Shown here: in pieces, positions 20,268 to 31,115 of the stretch
Position numbering within the stretch: the stretch's first letter is position 1
Layout: the number at the start of each line of letters is the position of its first letter
Source: Syntrophales bacterium
Lineage (GTDB): Bacteria; Desulfobacterota; Syntrophia; Syntrophales; UBA2185
Assembly: GCA_049521775.1 (NCBI GenBank)
Contig: JBEKOL010000014.1
Span: 3,496 to 67,495, forward strand
DNA length: 64,000 nucleotides
Direction: 5' to 3'
The notes under the pieces: generated by a model
What the model was told of the DNA's origin: nothing
Database searches by the model: none
The model's input: only the letters and a program-made list of their open reading frames with translations
Translations under genes and position numbers: made by a program

Positions 20268-20996
20268 TTATGACTCCGCGGCAAGAACGATTCTGATCAC
20301 ACCAAAGGAACTAACCTGATAGACCTTGATCATTCTCAATTTCATGAGCTCTAAAATAGCGAGGAAAGTATACAGGATCATTCTTTTATCCGGGGTATCT
20401 CGCAACAATTCAACGAATGAAAGATTTTTCTTCTCCGTAAGCTGTCCCATAATCTCATTTATCCTGTCGGTGAGAGAGAGCTTTTCCACGTCAATCTCCA
20501 TGAATTCCGGCTCTTTCATGGAAGAGATGATTCTGTAAAAAGCTTCTACCAGCGCAAAGACGCTAACTTCCACATCTGCCTCATCTTCGCTTCTCTCGGC
20601 ACATCCATTCTCAGCAGAGAGTCCTCTCTTAAAAATATCCCTTTCCAAAAGAGGCCTTTGCTCCAGTTGCGCCGCTGCTTCTTTGAAGACCTGATAGTCG
20701 AGCAACTGTTTAACGAGTTCCGCGCGGGGATCTGGTTCATCTTCGGTCTCTCCGGCGTCGCCTTCCTCAACGGGAAGAAGCATTTTCGATTTAATATGTA
20801 TCAGTGTCGATGCCAGCAGCAGATAGTCCCCGGCGACATCCAGATTGAGATATTTCATCATTTCGATGTGCTGAAGATACTGTTCTGTAATGAGCGCGAT
20901 AGGGATATCATAGATGTCGATCTCATTCTTCTTGATGAGATAAAGCAAGAGATCCAGGGGGCCTTCAAATATATCGAGTTTGACCTCGTATTCCAT
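20268..20996 (-). CDS. scpA: SMC-Scp kleisin ScpA
   Basis: FEGPLDLLLYLI, IDIYDIPI, FLAILEL. Confidence 0.95.
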   Translation of the reverse strand: MEYEVKLDIFEGPLDLLLYLIKKNEIDIYDIPIALITEQYLQHIEMMKYLNLDVAGDYLLLASTLIHIKSKMLLPVEEGDAGETEDEPDPRAELVKQLLDYQVFKEAAAQLEQRPLLERDIFKRGLSAENGCAERSEDEADVEVSVFALVEAFYRIISSMKEPEFMEIDVEKLSLTDRINEIMGQLTEKKNLSFVELLRDTPDKRMILYTFLAILELMKLRMIKVYQVSSFGVIRIVLAAES

Positions 20997-21138
20997 AATA
21001 ACACTCTTACAAATTACAAATAACCACTGAACTGGAAAATATTGTAGGACGTAAGTCTCATTGATGCGGGCAGGAGCGAAGATTCGGTGCCATCAACCAT
21101 GTCCCTGTGAAAGAAACGCCAGCCTGCGGGGGAGATTA

Positions 21139-22128
21139 TCAGATTCTTATCGTTGCCCTAACCTCCTCCATCGTCACACAGGCTACCTTCGCTGCCCTAA
21201 CATTCCCGTCCTCGATAATGCTCTTGACTTCATCGATATGCTGTCGAAAATAGTCCTGACGTTCGTGAAGGGGCCGCAAACCTTCTGTTATCCGATCAGC
21301 AAGGCACCTCTTGCAATCTGTGCAGCCTATGCCTGCCTTCTTGCATTCTGCTGATAGTTCCCTGACAAACTCGGCCGGCGAATAGATCTGATGAAAAGTG
21401 AAAACATTACAAAGTTCCGGCCTGCCTGGATCACTTTTTCTCATGCGTTGAGGATCAGTAAACATGGCTTCAATTTTTGCCCTCAATTCATCTCCCCGAT
21501 CACTGATGTAAATGGCGTTATTGTATGACTTGCTCATTTTTCTCCCGTCAATGCCTAGGAGTTTAGGAACCTCTGCCAGCAAGGGCACCGGAATGGGAAA
21601 TATTTCTCTGTAGAGAAAATTGAAGCGCCGGGCAATCTCCCTGGTTAGTTCCACGTGGGGAAGTTGGTCCACCCCTACGGGCACTCCGTAGGCCTTGTAC
21701 ATAATAATGTCCGCTGCCTGGAGGACGGGATAACCCAAAAATCCGAAGGTGGATAGGTCTTTTCCCGAGAGTTCCTCCTTCATTTCCTTATACGTGGGAT
21801 TCCTTTCCAGCCACGGCAGAGGGGTTATCATGCAGAGGATTACGAAAAGTTCAGCATGCTCTTTTATGCAGGACTGGATAAACAAGGTACTCTTTTTAGG
21901 GTCCAAGCCTACACTGAGCCAGTCAATACTCATATTGAGTATATATTCCCTTATCATGTCCGTATTATTGTATTCACTGGTGAGCGCGTGCCAGTCGGCA
22001 ATAAAATAAAAACACTCATAATCGCCGCTGTTCTGGAGTTCTATCCAGTTCTTGAGAGCCCCGTGAAGGTTTCCCAGATGCAGGTTGCCTGTGGGTCGCA
22101 TGCCACTCAATATTCTCTTCTTTGCCAA
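21139..22128 (-). CDS. trpS: Tryptophanyl-tRNA synthetase
   Basis: SGMRPTG.LHLGN, YPVLQAADI, VPVG.DQ, KMSKS. Confidence 0.97.
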   Translation of the reverse strand: MAKKRILSGMRPTGNLHLGNLHGALKNWIELQNSGDYECFYFIADWHALTSEYNNTDMIREYILNMSIDWLSVGLDPKKSTLFIQSCIKEHAELFVILCMITPLPWLERNPTYKEMKEELSGKDLSTFGFLGYPVLQAADIIMYKAYGVPVGVDQLPHVELTREIARRFNFLYREIFPIPVPLLAEVPKLLGIDGRKMSKSYNNAIYISDRGDELRAKIEAMFTDPQRMRKSDPGRPELCNVFTFHQIYSPAEFVRELSAECKKAGIGCTDCKRCLADRITEGLRPLHERQDYFRQHIDEVKSIIEDGNVRAAKVACVTMEEVRATIRI

Positions 22129-22303
22129 TTTATATCCCTCTGGTTAGCTGCTAAGAATGGACTTTAAATTATTTTAGATTTGCTCAACTCCCAGCGTGCC
22201 TGCTTTCGCATTTGCATTAGGCATCGGTCCTCAAAGCCTTCACTCTTTTTGAAGACGTTCATAACAAAAAGCAAAGTTCCTGTCAATGTGCCATGATGCC
22301 CCA

Positions 22304-22350
22304 AACGCATTGAGGCCCCCGATACTAAATAACCGGAGACCTCAATTGCG
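22304..22350 (-). terminator. Hairpin/terminator after HU gene
   Basis: Minus strand CGCAATTGAGGTCTCCGG...TCGGGGGCCTCAATGCG followed by TTT. Confidence 0.6.
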
Positions 22351-22373
22351 AAATAACCTTATATTATGATCTC

Positions 22374-22646
22374 CTATTTTACTTTATCTGCCAGTTCCTT
22401 TCCTGCCTTGAACTTTACGACTTTTTTAGCCGGTATCTTAATAGCTTTTCCGGTCTGCGGATTTCTTCCCTCTCTTGCCTTTCTCTTTACAAGAGAGAAG
22501 GTACCAAACCCTACGAGACCTAATTTTCCGTTCTTTTTGAGCTCTTTGGTTACTGCACCTACATAAGCATCTAATGCCTTCGTCGCTGCCGTCTTGGTGA
22601 TTCCCGCCGCCCCTGCTATTACCGCTATTAATTCCGTCTTCGTCAT
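22374..22646 (-). CDS. hup: HU DNA-binding protein
   Basis: [30 protein letters not shown]. Confidence 0.95.
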   Translation of the reverse strand: MTKTELIAVIAGAAGITKTAATKALDAYVGAVTKELKKNGKLGLVGFGTFSLVKRKAREGRNPQTGKAIKIPAKKVVKFKAGKELADKVK

Positions 22647-23050
22647 TGTCTAAAATCCCCTTTCAATAAAATATTTTCTTGAAATAATCCTCTACCGGCG
22701 GCGCAACTACCTAAGGGAGGCCACCGACTAATAACTTCAATACCTGACGCTTAAACACTGCGCCCTCGGTATCACAAAGAAAAACAACAAGCAAGGCAAT
22801 TCTATCTTTTTTAAAGAATATTCTCTTTGCAAACACGTGTGCACCGCGGGTTTGGAAGGGAGGCACATTATCAACATGCGCCAATCTCACGTTAAGAGGG
22901 GCGGCTTTTGTGTTTCAGTTTTGAATGTGCAAAAAAAGGAGCCTCGACATATAGGGATCAGCGGTGGACACTGAGGGCGTACAGTTACGCGGACGTACGA
23001 TCATTTCGCCCGGGATACGTTTTTTTCAGGAACGGCAACTGCCGGGGAAT

Positions 23051-24304
23051 TCATTCGCCGACATTGCTAACAGGCGGGGCGCCTGTTATGCCTTCTTTCT
23101 TTTTCACCAGGAAATAGAGCTCCCCGTTTTCCTTAAGGCTCCCTGCCAGCATCTCCGCGGTGCTGCCCTTTCCACAAAACAGATCAACCCGCCCTGGCCC
23201 TTTGATCACACCGCCGGTATCCTGATTGAGAACGAAGCGGGAAAAGGTCTTCCATGATTTGATGTTTCCGTCCTTTTCAAAGACAGGCTTCCGCAGCCTT
23301 ATAAAGGCAAGAGCACCTCTCGGGAATAAATCAAGGTCTGTCGCGATAGACCGGCCCGAGGTAAGCGTAAGGCCCAACGCGCCTATGGGGCCGTTTTCGA
23401 CAATGCGAAAAAATACATAGCTCTCGTTGTAGTTGAGAATATCGGAAAGTTCTTCTGGATGCTCCCTCAAATATTGTTTTATAGACTGATGCGTCATCTC
23501 ACTCTTAGAGAACTTCCCTTTATCCAGAAGGTATCCTGCCATCCTATTCGGGCGGCCATTCGTCTGAGCATAACTGACCTGCACGGACCGCCCATCCGTT
23601 AATTTTATTTCTCCTGAGCCCTGGATATGCATGAAGAATAAGTCAACGGGATCATTCACCCAGATAAGTTCAAGGTTCCTTCCCTTGAGAGCTCCAGTTT
23701 CTTCAATATCAGCCCTATTAAAATAAGGGACTAACTCGCCGCTCTTCAACCTGCCGATAATTCTTTCATTTTTGTATTTCTCACTGAATTTTCCCAAATT
23801 GGCAACCACAATGTCCTCAGGGGTCTTGTATATCGGATACCGGTACTCATCAGTCCTCTCCAGGGAACCTTTCAAGACAGACTCGAAATATCCAGTGAAA
23901 AGTACCCTTCCCTGATTATCAAGTCCAGTGGCTCTGTACAAGTCAAATGCATTCAGTATTTTTTTCCGTTTGACCTCGTCCGATTCAGAACCGTCCAGAA
24001 TCTTTCGAAATGCCAGAAGCGACTCTCTTAATTCCTTGCCTGTAATATGGCGCTCGCCAATCCTGTACATATTATTCCTGGCAATTCTTTCATAGTACTC
24101 GAGACTTCTTTCGATTGCCGTCCCCAGTAATTCACCATCAAGATCATCAGCTAACGGTGGAGCTTTATCGGGAGAAATCAATACAAGGGCAGGAAGAATC
24201 TTTTCCGGAGGTTTCACAATTCCAGCCGCACAGCCGGCGATCAGGAAAAACCCTATGAGCAAGCAAATAATTCGTAAGGGTCCCACGTGCACCTCAAAGT
24301 TCAA
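23051..24304 (-). CDS. mltA: MltA-family membrane-bound lytic transglycosylase
   Basis: Lipobox LIAGC, FTGYFE, FFMHIQGSG, SYVFF, 3D motif QDTGGVIKGPGRVDLF; start uncertain. Confidence 0.92.
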   Translation of the reverse strand: MNFEVHVGPLRIICLLIGFFLIAGCAAGIVKPPEKILPALVLISPDKAPPLADDLDGELLGTAIERSLEYYERIARNNMYRIGERHITGKELRESLLAFRKILDGSESDEVKRKKILNAFDLYRATGLDNQGRVLFTGYFESVLKGSLERTDEYRYPIYKTPEDIVVANLGKFSEKYKNERIIGRLKSGELVPYFNRADIEETGALKGRNLELIWVNDPVDLFFMHIQGSGEIKLTDGRSVQVSYAQTNGRPNRMAGYLLDKGKFSKSEMTHQSIKQYLREHPEELSDILNYNESYVFFRIVENGPIGALGLTLTSGRSIATDLDLFPRGALAFIRLRKPVFEKDGNIKSWKTFSRFVLNQDTGGVIKGPGRVDLFCGKGSTAEMLAGSLKENGELYFLVKKKEGITGAPPVSNVGE

Positions 24305-24752
24305 CGATCATCGCCACTTCGTCACAGTAGTCCGGGTATTTGGAACATCTAAAACAGTCAGACCAGATCTTTTCGGAAAGGCTCGACCGATCAACCTCTT
24401 TAAAACCGAGCCGTTTAAAAAATTCCGGCCTGTTTGTAAGCGTAAACATCCTGTAAAAACCCAGGGTAATGGCCTCGGAGATGCATCCCTCGACGAGTTT
24501 CCTTGCGATTCCCTGCCTTCTGTATTCTTCTTTCACATAGAGAGAACGGATCTCCGCCAGATTGTCCCAGATAATATTCATGGCACAGATGCCTGCAACG
24601 ACTTTCTCGTTCTCATCAAAATAGATTAAGAAATCTCTCAGGCTACCGTAGATATCCATCAGGGAGCGGGGAAGTATTTCCCCTTTGCCTGATGATAGAT
24701 TGATCAGCTTGTGGATTGTTTTTACATCACTGACCCGGGCCTTCCTTAGCAT
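24294..24752 (-). CDS. GNAT acetyltransferase, short ArgA-like
   Basis: LPRSL, WDNLAEIRSL.V, FTLT, KIWSDC..C. Confidence 0.85.
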   Translation of the reverse strand: MLRKARVSDVKTIHKLINLSSGKGEILPRSLMDIYGSLRDFLIYFDENEKVVAGICAMNIIWDNLAEIRSLYVKEEYRRQGIARKLVEGCISEAITLGFYRMFTLTNRPEFFKRLGFKEVDRSSLSEKIWSDCFRCSKYPDYCDEVAMIVEL

Positions 24753-24764
24753 CTTTTTGCCCTT

Positions 24765-26447
24765 TCACTTGCGGGAGAGCTCCAGCATCTCCCGCGCATG
24801 CTCCCTGGTTTTTTTTGTGAGCTCCGCGCCGCCAAGCATCCTCGCAATTTCATCCAGCCTGTCTTTGTCAGAAAGGACGCCTACGGATGCAATTGTCCTC
24901 TCGCCGGAGACGGTTTTCGTAACGCGGTAATGCCTGTCCCCAAAACAGGCAATCTGCGGAAGATGGGTTATGCACAGGATCTGGTGATGCTTCGCCACAC
25001 CCTTGAGCTTCTTGCCCACGTCCTCCGCCGTCGCCCCGCCTATGCCGCTGTCCACCTCATCAAAAATGATGGTCCCCACAGAACCAGTTCTCGCCAGGAC
25101 ATTTTTCACGGCGAGCATGATGCGCGAAAGCTCACCCCCGGAGGCAATACGGTTCAGCGGTTTCAATGCCTCTCCCACATTCGTGGCAAGAAAGAACTCA
25201 ACTTCGTCGATCCCTCTGGGATTAAACGAAGCCGAGACTTGGCGATCATCCGGCGTCTTGAAGGTAACCTCAAAGGCAGTATTCTCCATTCCCAGTGAAT
25301 GAATCTCTCCTTCTATGGCCTTTTTCAGAACTGATGCAGTTTCACGGCGCCCTTTGGACAGGCTGTGTGCCTTCTCGAGCAGTCTCGGACTGAGCGCTTC
25401 GAGGTCTTTCGACATCTTCTCAATCTCATCGTCAACGAACGAAATGGACTTCAACTCCTCCTCGATTTGCAGCTTCTTCCGTGAGACCTCTTCCAAAGTG
25501 CGACCGTACTTTCGCTTCAGCCTGCCCAAAAGCTCCAGGCGATCATCGATAGACTCAAGTCTCGCAGGGTCGTATGACAGGTTCTTCATGTAGTCTCTGA
25601 GCGCCAAGGCAATTTCTTCCAGCTGATAATATATATTGTCCAAATCCCCATCAGACAATCTTAACCCTGTATCAATCTTCTTAATCTCCCTTATGCTCGC
25701 AATTGCACCACGAAGTTCGCCAAGGACAGAATCAGCCCTTCCGTAAAGTACATCATGGGCAACCGTAGCGTAGTCCATCAATCTCTGCACATTGTTTAAA
25801 ACCTTCTTTTCCTCAAGGAGAACAGCATCCTCTCCCACACAAATCCCGGCATCGCCAATCTCCTTAAATTGAAAGCGGAGAAGATCTTCCCTCTCGCCTC
25901 TGGTCTTTTTGACTGACAGAGATTCTCTGATTTTTTCCTTTAGAGAGAGATATTGCCCGTACATTTCCGCATATTCGAGCCTGATAGGAAAAAGATCGCC
26001 AAACTCATCAAGAATATCGATGTGGTTATCTACATTCAGAATCACCTGATGCTCGTGCTGGCCACAGATATTGATGAGAGATTCACTGATGGCAGAAAGC
26101 ATGCCTAAGGTGGCCAACTGCCCGTCGATATACACCCGGTTTTTCCCTGTCCGGGAAACGATCCTCTTGAGGATCAGTTCCTTCCCCACATGGAAGCCCA
26201 TTTCCCGTATCTTTTTCTTTAGGTCCTCCTTCTCACCAATGTCAAAAAGGGCCTCAACTGTTGCCGATTCTTCGAAAGACCTGATCATATCGGCAGATGC
26301 CCGGTCTCCCAGCAGGAGACTTACGGCCCCTATGATGATAGACTTCCCCGCCCCCGTCTCTCCGGTAATCACATTGAGGCCTTCGGTAAAAGAGACCCTC
26401 ATTTCATCGATGATGGCAAAATTTCTGATGCTAAGTTCCGTTAACAT
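24765..26447 (-). CDS. recN: DNA repair protein RecN
   Basis: TGETGAGKS, GQHEHQ, ASGGELSR, FDEVDSGIGG, THLPQIA. Confidence 0.97.
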   Translation of the reverse strand: MLTELSIRNFAIIDEMRVSFTEGLNVITGETGAGKSIIIGAVSLLLGDRASADMIRSFEESATVEALFDIGEKEDLKKKIREMGFHVGKELILKRIVSRTGKNRVYIDGQLATLGMLSAISESLINICGQHEHQVILNVDNHIDILDEFGDLFPIRLEYAEMYGQYLSLKEKIRESLSVKKTRGEREDLLRFQFKEIGDAGICVGEDAVLLEEKKVLNNVQRLMDYATVAHDVLYGRADSVLGELRGAIASIREIKKIDTGLRLSDGDLDNIYYQLEEIALALRDYMKNLSYDPARLESIDDRLELLGRLKRKYGRTLEEVSRKKLQIEEELKSISFVDDEIEKMSKDLEALSPRLLEKAHSLSKGRRETASVLKKAIEGEIHSLGMENTAFEVTFKTPDDRQVSASFNPRGIDEVEFFLATNVGEALKPLNRIASGGELSRIMLAVKNVLARTGSVGTIIFDEVDSGIGGATAEDVGKKLKGVAKHHQILCITHLPQIACFGDRHYRVTKTVSGERTIASVGVLSDKDRLDEIARMLGGAELTKKTREHAREMLELSRK

Positions 26448-26448
26448 G

Positions 26449-27330
26449 TCACAGATTATTTGTTCCTGTGGGCGATCCGCCCCATCCCAGCTTCGTCCGC
26501 AGGATCTCCATATAGTCCCTGTGAGGTGAAGACACGAGATTGGTCACATAGGGGGATTTCCTAATGATTACACTATCGCCTGACTTTATGGTATACGATA
26601 CCTGTCCATCGAGAGTCACCGTCGCGCCCTCTTCCTTCGTCCACATGATTACCTTTATCTCCGCATTATTCGGTATAATGATCGGACGATTCGTGAGTGA
26701 AAAAGGACATATGGGATTTACGATGAAGGAATCCTGTTCAGGAAAAACGATGGGGCCTCCTGCGGAGAGGGAATACGCGGTAGAGCCTGTCGGGGTGGAT
26801 ATGATGATACCATCGGCCCTGAAGGTGGTTAGATACCTGTTATTTACCGTTGTCTCCAGATTGAGGATGCGCGAAAGATTACCGCGGGTAATCACCACGT
26901 CATTCAAAATGCTCTGTTCCCTGATCGTTTCTCTTCCCAGAAAGATCGTAATATCTAGCATCATCCTCTTTTCGGTCTGGTAATCGCCTTTGACAATCAA
27001 TTCCAGCGCGCTTGTCATCTCACTCAGATTGACTTCTGTCAGATAGCCGAACTCTCCGAGGTTTATGCCAACGACGGGGATGTTATACTCACTGACAAAA
27101 CGCACTGTCCTGAGGATTGTCCCGTCACCGCCCAATACAACCAGCAGATCGACCTGCGCTGCCAGTTTTCTTCTATCCAGACCCTCACCCGAGCCGATCT
27201 TCCGAGCAATTCCCTCTTCCAAAAAGACCTGGATCCCTTCTTTCATAGCCCAGTCTCTCAGCTGAACGGTACACTCACCTGATTGCTCTTTTTCGATATT
27301 TGCAATGATACCGATCTTTCTAATGCTCAT
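26449..27330 (-). CDS. nadK: NAD kinase
   Basis: GGDGT, LNDVVI, DGIIISTPTGSTAYSLSAGG. Confidence 0.97.
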   Translation of the reverse strand: MSIRKIGIIANIEKEQSGECTVQLRDWAMKEGIQVFLEEGIARKIGSGEGLDRRKLAAQVDLLVVLGGDGTILRTVRFVSEYNIPVVGINLGEFGYLTEVNLSEMTSALELIVKGDYQTEKRMMLDITIFLGRETIREQSILNDVVITRGNLSRILNLETTVNNRYLTTFRADGIIISTPTGSTAYSLSAGGPIVFPEQDSFIVNPICPFSLTNRPIIIPNNAEIKVIMWTKEEGATVTLDGQVSYTIKSGDSVIIRKSPYVTNLVSSPHRDYMEILRTKLGWGGSPTGTNNL

Positions 27331-27603
27331 CGATAACCCTTAGGTACGATTTTGCAATTTTTCTACCATAAAATCAGATAGGTGTCTATGTGCAGTTTTT
27401 TTACCTGGATATATACGAAAATCGGAAGTTGTTCGGAGCAATATAGCAGACCGAGAAGTATTGAATGTGGGTGGGAGAATTAAATTAAGGAAAATGACGC
27501 GCTTGTAGATAATTGCTGTTTCTTAGAGAAAGCATTTTTTTCATGACCAAACCGTTAATCCATCTTCATGCTCAAAATTCTCATGTTCATCAGATGGTTA
27601 GTT

Positions 27604-30489
27604 CTAAGAGCCAGGAGATTCAGCCTTCGTGAGTTCACCTTTTATCGCGAGACCGATCTTTTCCAGCATATAGGGCTTTTTTACATAGGCACCCGCCCCA
27701 AGCTCCAGGGCCTTCTTTACGCGATTCGTCTCCGAAAAACCACTCACGATTATTGCCTTCTGCTTCGGGTTGATGGTGAGAACCCGCCGGTACGTCTCCA
27801 AACCGTGCATACCGGGATCCATGATCATGTCCAGGACAATGAGATCGGCCTTATTCGACCTGAGGTAGGCAATCGCCTCCTCTCCGCTGGAAACAGTCTC
27901 TACCCTGTAGCCAAGCCTGGTCAGCATGCTGGTTGCCACCTCCCGCTGCTCCTTCAGATCATCCACCACGAGAATAGTTTCACCTCTGCCCATGTACTGC
28001 TCGGGAGATGTCTTCTGCTCATCCCCAATCAGTTCCTCACTTGTGGCCGGCAGGTAGATTGCGAAAGTACTCCCTTTGCCGTCCTCGCTTTGCACATCAA
28101 TGTATCCGTCATGATCCTTAACTGTTCCCCAGACGACGGCAAGTCCCAACCCTGTCCCGCTTCTTCCCATGACCTTCTTCGTATAGAAGGGCTCGAATAT
28201 CTTCTTGATGTCTGCAGCCGAGATTCCCCTGCCGTTGTCGGAAACCGTCAGAACCACGTAATCCCCTTTCCGTACGTCATCATAGCCCCCGATGGGTTTG
28301 TCGATATAGAAGCTCTTTGTCCGGATCATCACCTCTCCCTGGCCGGATATTGCCTCTGACGCATTTGACACCAGATTCATGAACGTCTTCTCGAGATGCA
28401 CTGGAGAACCCTTAATGTTCGACAGGTTCTCTTCGAGATCGCTCTTAAATGTCACATACGAATGATATTCCTTCAATTTCTCAAACTCCGGGGCCTCAAA
28501 GTAATCCGTAATCACCTTGTTGAGATTGACAACCTCGGAAACGGCGACCCCCCTCCGCCCCAAAGTCAAAAGATCCTGGATGATCGTAGCGCCCCTCTCA
28601 CTGGATTGCAAAATGCCCGAAGCGTAACTTCTTAAGGGATTTCCTTCGGGTATTCTTTCCAAGAGCAACTCCGAATAGCCGACAAGAACTCCCATGACAT
28701 TATTAAGATCATGAGCGACACCGCCCGCGAGGGTCCCCAGAGCCTCCATCTTTTCGGCACGGTTCAAGCGCTGCTCGAGTTGCAGATGTTCTGCCTCTGC
28801 CTGCTTGCGCTCTGTGATGTCTTTCGAAACAACTGTTACGGCAGTCGTTCTTCCTCCCGGTCCTCTTACAGGTGTAAATGTCCGAAGGAAATATTTATTA
28901 TCTCTTTGACTCCTGTGTTCGCATAATAAGAATTCACCACTCTCCAATACTTTCTCAACACTCTTCGTGAATGCTCTCGTGTCTCCCTCTGAATGAAGGT
29001 CCCCATAGCTTCGGGCAATGACCTCTTCTTGTGAAAGCCCCAGCCGCTGTAAATGTTTTTCATTCACAAACAGGTACCTGCAGTCACGGTCGATAAGGTA
29101 CATTGAATCTTCGGTCGAAGCGAGCGAGCGATATTTTTCCTCCGACTCGCGCAACGCCTCATCCGCCCGCTTACGTTCCGTGACATCGCGCGCAAGACAT
29201 CGAAATCCTGTAGGATGGTTGTCATGATCTCGCATCAGAGACGCAGACATCTCGAGGGTTATGATGACACCGTCTTTTGTTATAATCTCGAAATCAACCA
29301 CCTTCGCAGATTTTCCCGTTCCATATATATCATGGAAGATTTCAAACATGCGGTTGGCCGCTTCCGGGTTGCTGTAGCGCTGGTAATTCATGCCGAGGAG
29401 TTCTTCCGGCAGGTATTTTAGCGTTCGCTGGGCTGCATGGTTGAAAAAAGTCATATTACCAGAAAGATCGAGCTCAAAATAGGCATCTTCAATGCTTTCC
29501 AGAATCGTCCTATATTTCTTCTCGCTCTCCGTCACAGTCTCTTCCGCACGTTTGCGATCCGTTATGTCACGGGCGATACCGCGATAGCTCAGAAGATTTC
29601 CTTCCCCGTCTAATATCGGCACGCCGCTCGTCTCAAGCACCACTCTCCGTCCATCTTTGCATAGATTTATATTCTCTAATCCCGCAAAAGGCTCGCGCGA
29701 CTTTATGATAGCATCTGTTAATTTCGCTAACCTTTGCGCCTCATCCGGGGGCATTAAATCGAATGGTTTCTTTCCTATTACGTCATCCGGTTTATATCCC
29801 AGCAGTGCATTGACTTTGGGACTCGCATAGGTAAAGACGGCGTTCTCGTCGACCTCCCAGACCCAGTCGCTGGTTGTTTCTACCAGGGAACGAAAACGCT
29901 CCTCGCTTGCCCTGAGGGCAGCCTCCGTTTTCTTTCGTTCGTTGATTTCCCGCTGCAGCGCCAGATTTGTTTTCCTCAGCTCCACTGTGCGCTCCGCAAC
30001 CATTTGCTGGAGTTTGGCGGTCATATGCTGACTTTGATCTTCGATATTCTTACGATCCGTGATATCGCGACCTACACCGATGACTCCCGTGAGCTTGCCG
30101 TCCGGTCCATAATAAGGAATCCTGCGGGTTTCTATCAATACACGCCTGCCATCGGGGTATGAAATCCATTCTTCATCATACCTGTGCTTTTCATGAGTAA
30201 ACGTCATCTGGTCTTTTTGATGATATAGTTCAGCTTCCACGAGTGGAAAAATGTCGAAGTCCTTCTTGCCAATTATCTTTTCCTTCGCGAGACCCGCACG
30301 CATTGCAAACGCTGTATTACAATCCAAATATATTCCCTCAGTATCTTTACAAAACATAATGTCCGGAATAGAATCAATCAAGCTATTGAAAAATGGGTTT
30401 CGCAGCATAAGTTCTGGCAGCGTGTCTTCACACAATTCTCGTACGCTATTGATTTCGTACCCGGTATCTATAGTTTTTGTCTCTAACAT
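27604..30489 (-). CDS. Soluble hybrid histidine kinase (4 PAS/PAC, HisKA, HATPase, receiver)
   Basis: Four PAC ends (DITDRK x2, DVTERK, DITERK), AHDLNN, FEPFYT.K, GTGLGL, receiver VVDD...LDMIM...KP; no TM. Confidence 0.93.
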   Translation of the reverse strand: MLETKTIDTGYEINSVRELCEDTLPELMLRNPFFNSLIDSIPDIMFCKDTEGIYLDCNTAFAMRAGLAKEKIIGKKDFDIFPLVEAELYHQKDQMTFTHEKHRYDEEWISYPDGRRVLIETRRIPYYGPDGKLTGVIGVGRDITDRKNIEDQSQHMTAKLQQMVAERTVELRKTNLALQREINERKKTEAALRASEERFRSLVETTSDWVWEVDENAVFTYASPKVNALLGYKPDDVIGKKPFDLMPPDEAQRLAKLTDAIIKSREPFAGLENINLCKDGRRVVLETSGVPILDGEGNLLSYRGIARDITDRKRAEETVTESEKKYRTILESIEDAYFELDLSGNMTFFNHAAQRTLKYLPEELLGMNYQRYSNPEAANRMFEIFHDIYGTGKSAKVVDFEIITKDGVIITLEMSASLMRDHDNHPTGFRCLARDVTERKRADEALRESEEKYRSLASTEDSMYLIDRDCRYLFVNEKHLQRLGLSQEEVIARSYGDLHSEGDTRAFTKSVEKVLESGEFLLCEHRSQRDNKYFLRTFTPVRGPGGRTTAVTVVSKDITERKQAEAEHLQLEQRLNRAEKMEALGTLAGGVAHDLNNVMGVLVGYSELLLERIPEGNPLRSYASGILQSSERGATIIQDLLTLGRRGVAVSEVVNLNKVITDYFEAPEFEKLKEYHSYVTFKSDLEENLSNIKGSPVHLEKTFMNLVSNASEAISGQGEVMIRTKSFYIDKPIGGYDDVRKGDYVVLTVSDNGRGISAADIKKIFEPFYTKKVMGRSGTGLGLAVVWGTVKDHDGYIDVQSEDGKGSTFAIYLPATSEELIGDEQKTSPEQYMGRGETILVVDDLKEQREVATSMLTRLGYRVETVSSGEEAIAYLRSNKADLIVLDMIMDPGMHGLETYRRVLTINPKQKAIIVSGFSETNRVKKALELGAGAYVKKPYMLEKIGLAIKGELTKAESPGS

Positions 30490-30704
30490 TGAAATCACCC
30501 TTCAATTTGCCTCGAATCTCGCTTTTCTCCGGAGAGCTGAGGGTTTCAACCGGCATAAAAGCAAAAAGTATACCTCCCGTAGGCAGAAATACACTCTGAC
30601 ATTGTTTCAACGTCTCGATTACATGCTGAAAGGAAAAGATTATCAATTCCACGGCACTGCAGGACAAATTTGCCGGGGTTGAATTCAAGATCGTTTGTCA
30701 AATG

Positions 30705-30726
30705 TAAGATATTGATTTATCAATAT
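30705..30726. promoter_or_regulatory. IHF consensus site overlapping an 8-2-8 palindrome
   Basis: Minus strand AATCAATATCTTA (30705-30717) matches WATCAANNNNTTR; ATATTGAT-TT-ATCAATAT at 30709-30726. Confidence 0.5.
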
Positions 30727-31115
30727 ATAAATCAGAAATAATATAATTTCGGCATTTGCTATCACTTTCGGGTTCTTGCAACTGACAGGAAATCCCCCTT
30801 CAGCATAGCTCACGGTCATCGATTCGGCGTAAGACAGTACGGCTATAGATAGACGTGATAGTGCCGGCCTCCGTGGATGAAATTGATACGGCAATTTTTT
30901 CTGTCTCGTCCTTTAGAATGGGATTTGTTTTCCACCTATAGCTCCGGCTTAAACCCCACAGTCCGAAAGGGCTATTCTTTTGAGAAAATAAATGAAGCAA
31001 GCCACTGAAGAAACTAGTGATGGTCATGCGTAGCAAGCTCGCATGTCGCATGGGTCAATGACTCCGCCGAAATCCCTTGACAGTTTTTCGATACTGATGT
31101 TAGCTAAAAACAGAT

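Noticed and set aside
21647..21662. parS-like AGTTCCACGTGGGGAA inside trpS
   Set aside because: Only 12/16 match, and explained by the conserved PHVEL codons
27568..28359. Long antisense ORFs in the track (e.g. 27568-28359, 36558-37349, 39837-40718, 41730-42482, 60449-61060)
   Set aside because: They shadow well-supported genes on the opposite strand or in another frame and show no motifs
30935..30990. GCTCCGGCTTAAACC resembling part of a c-di-GMP-I riboswitch
   Set aside because: The GGCAAA...GAAA...GACGCAAA P2 elements are absent
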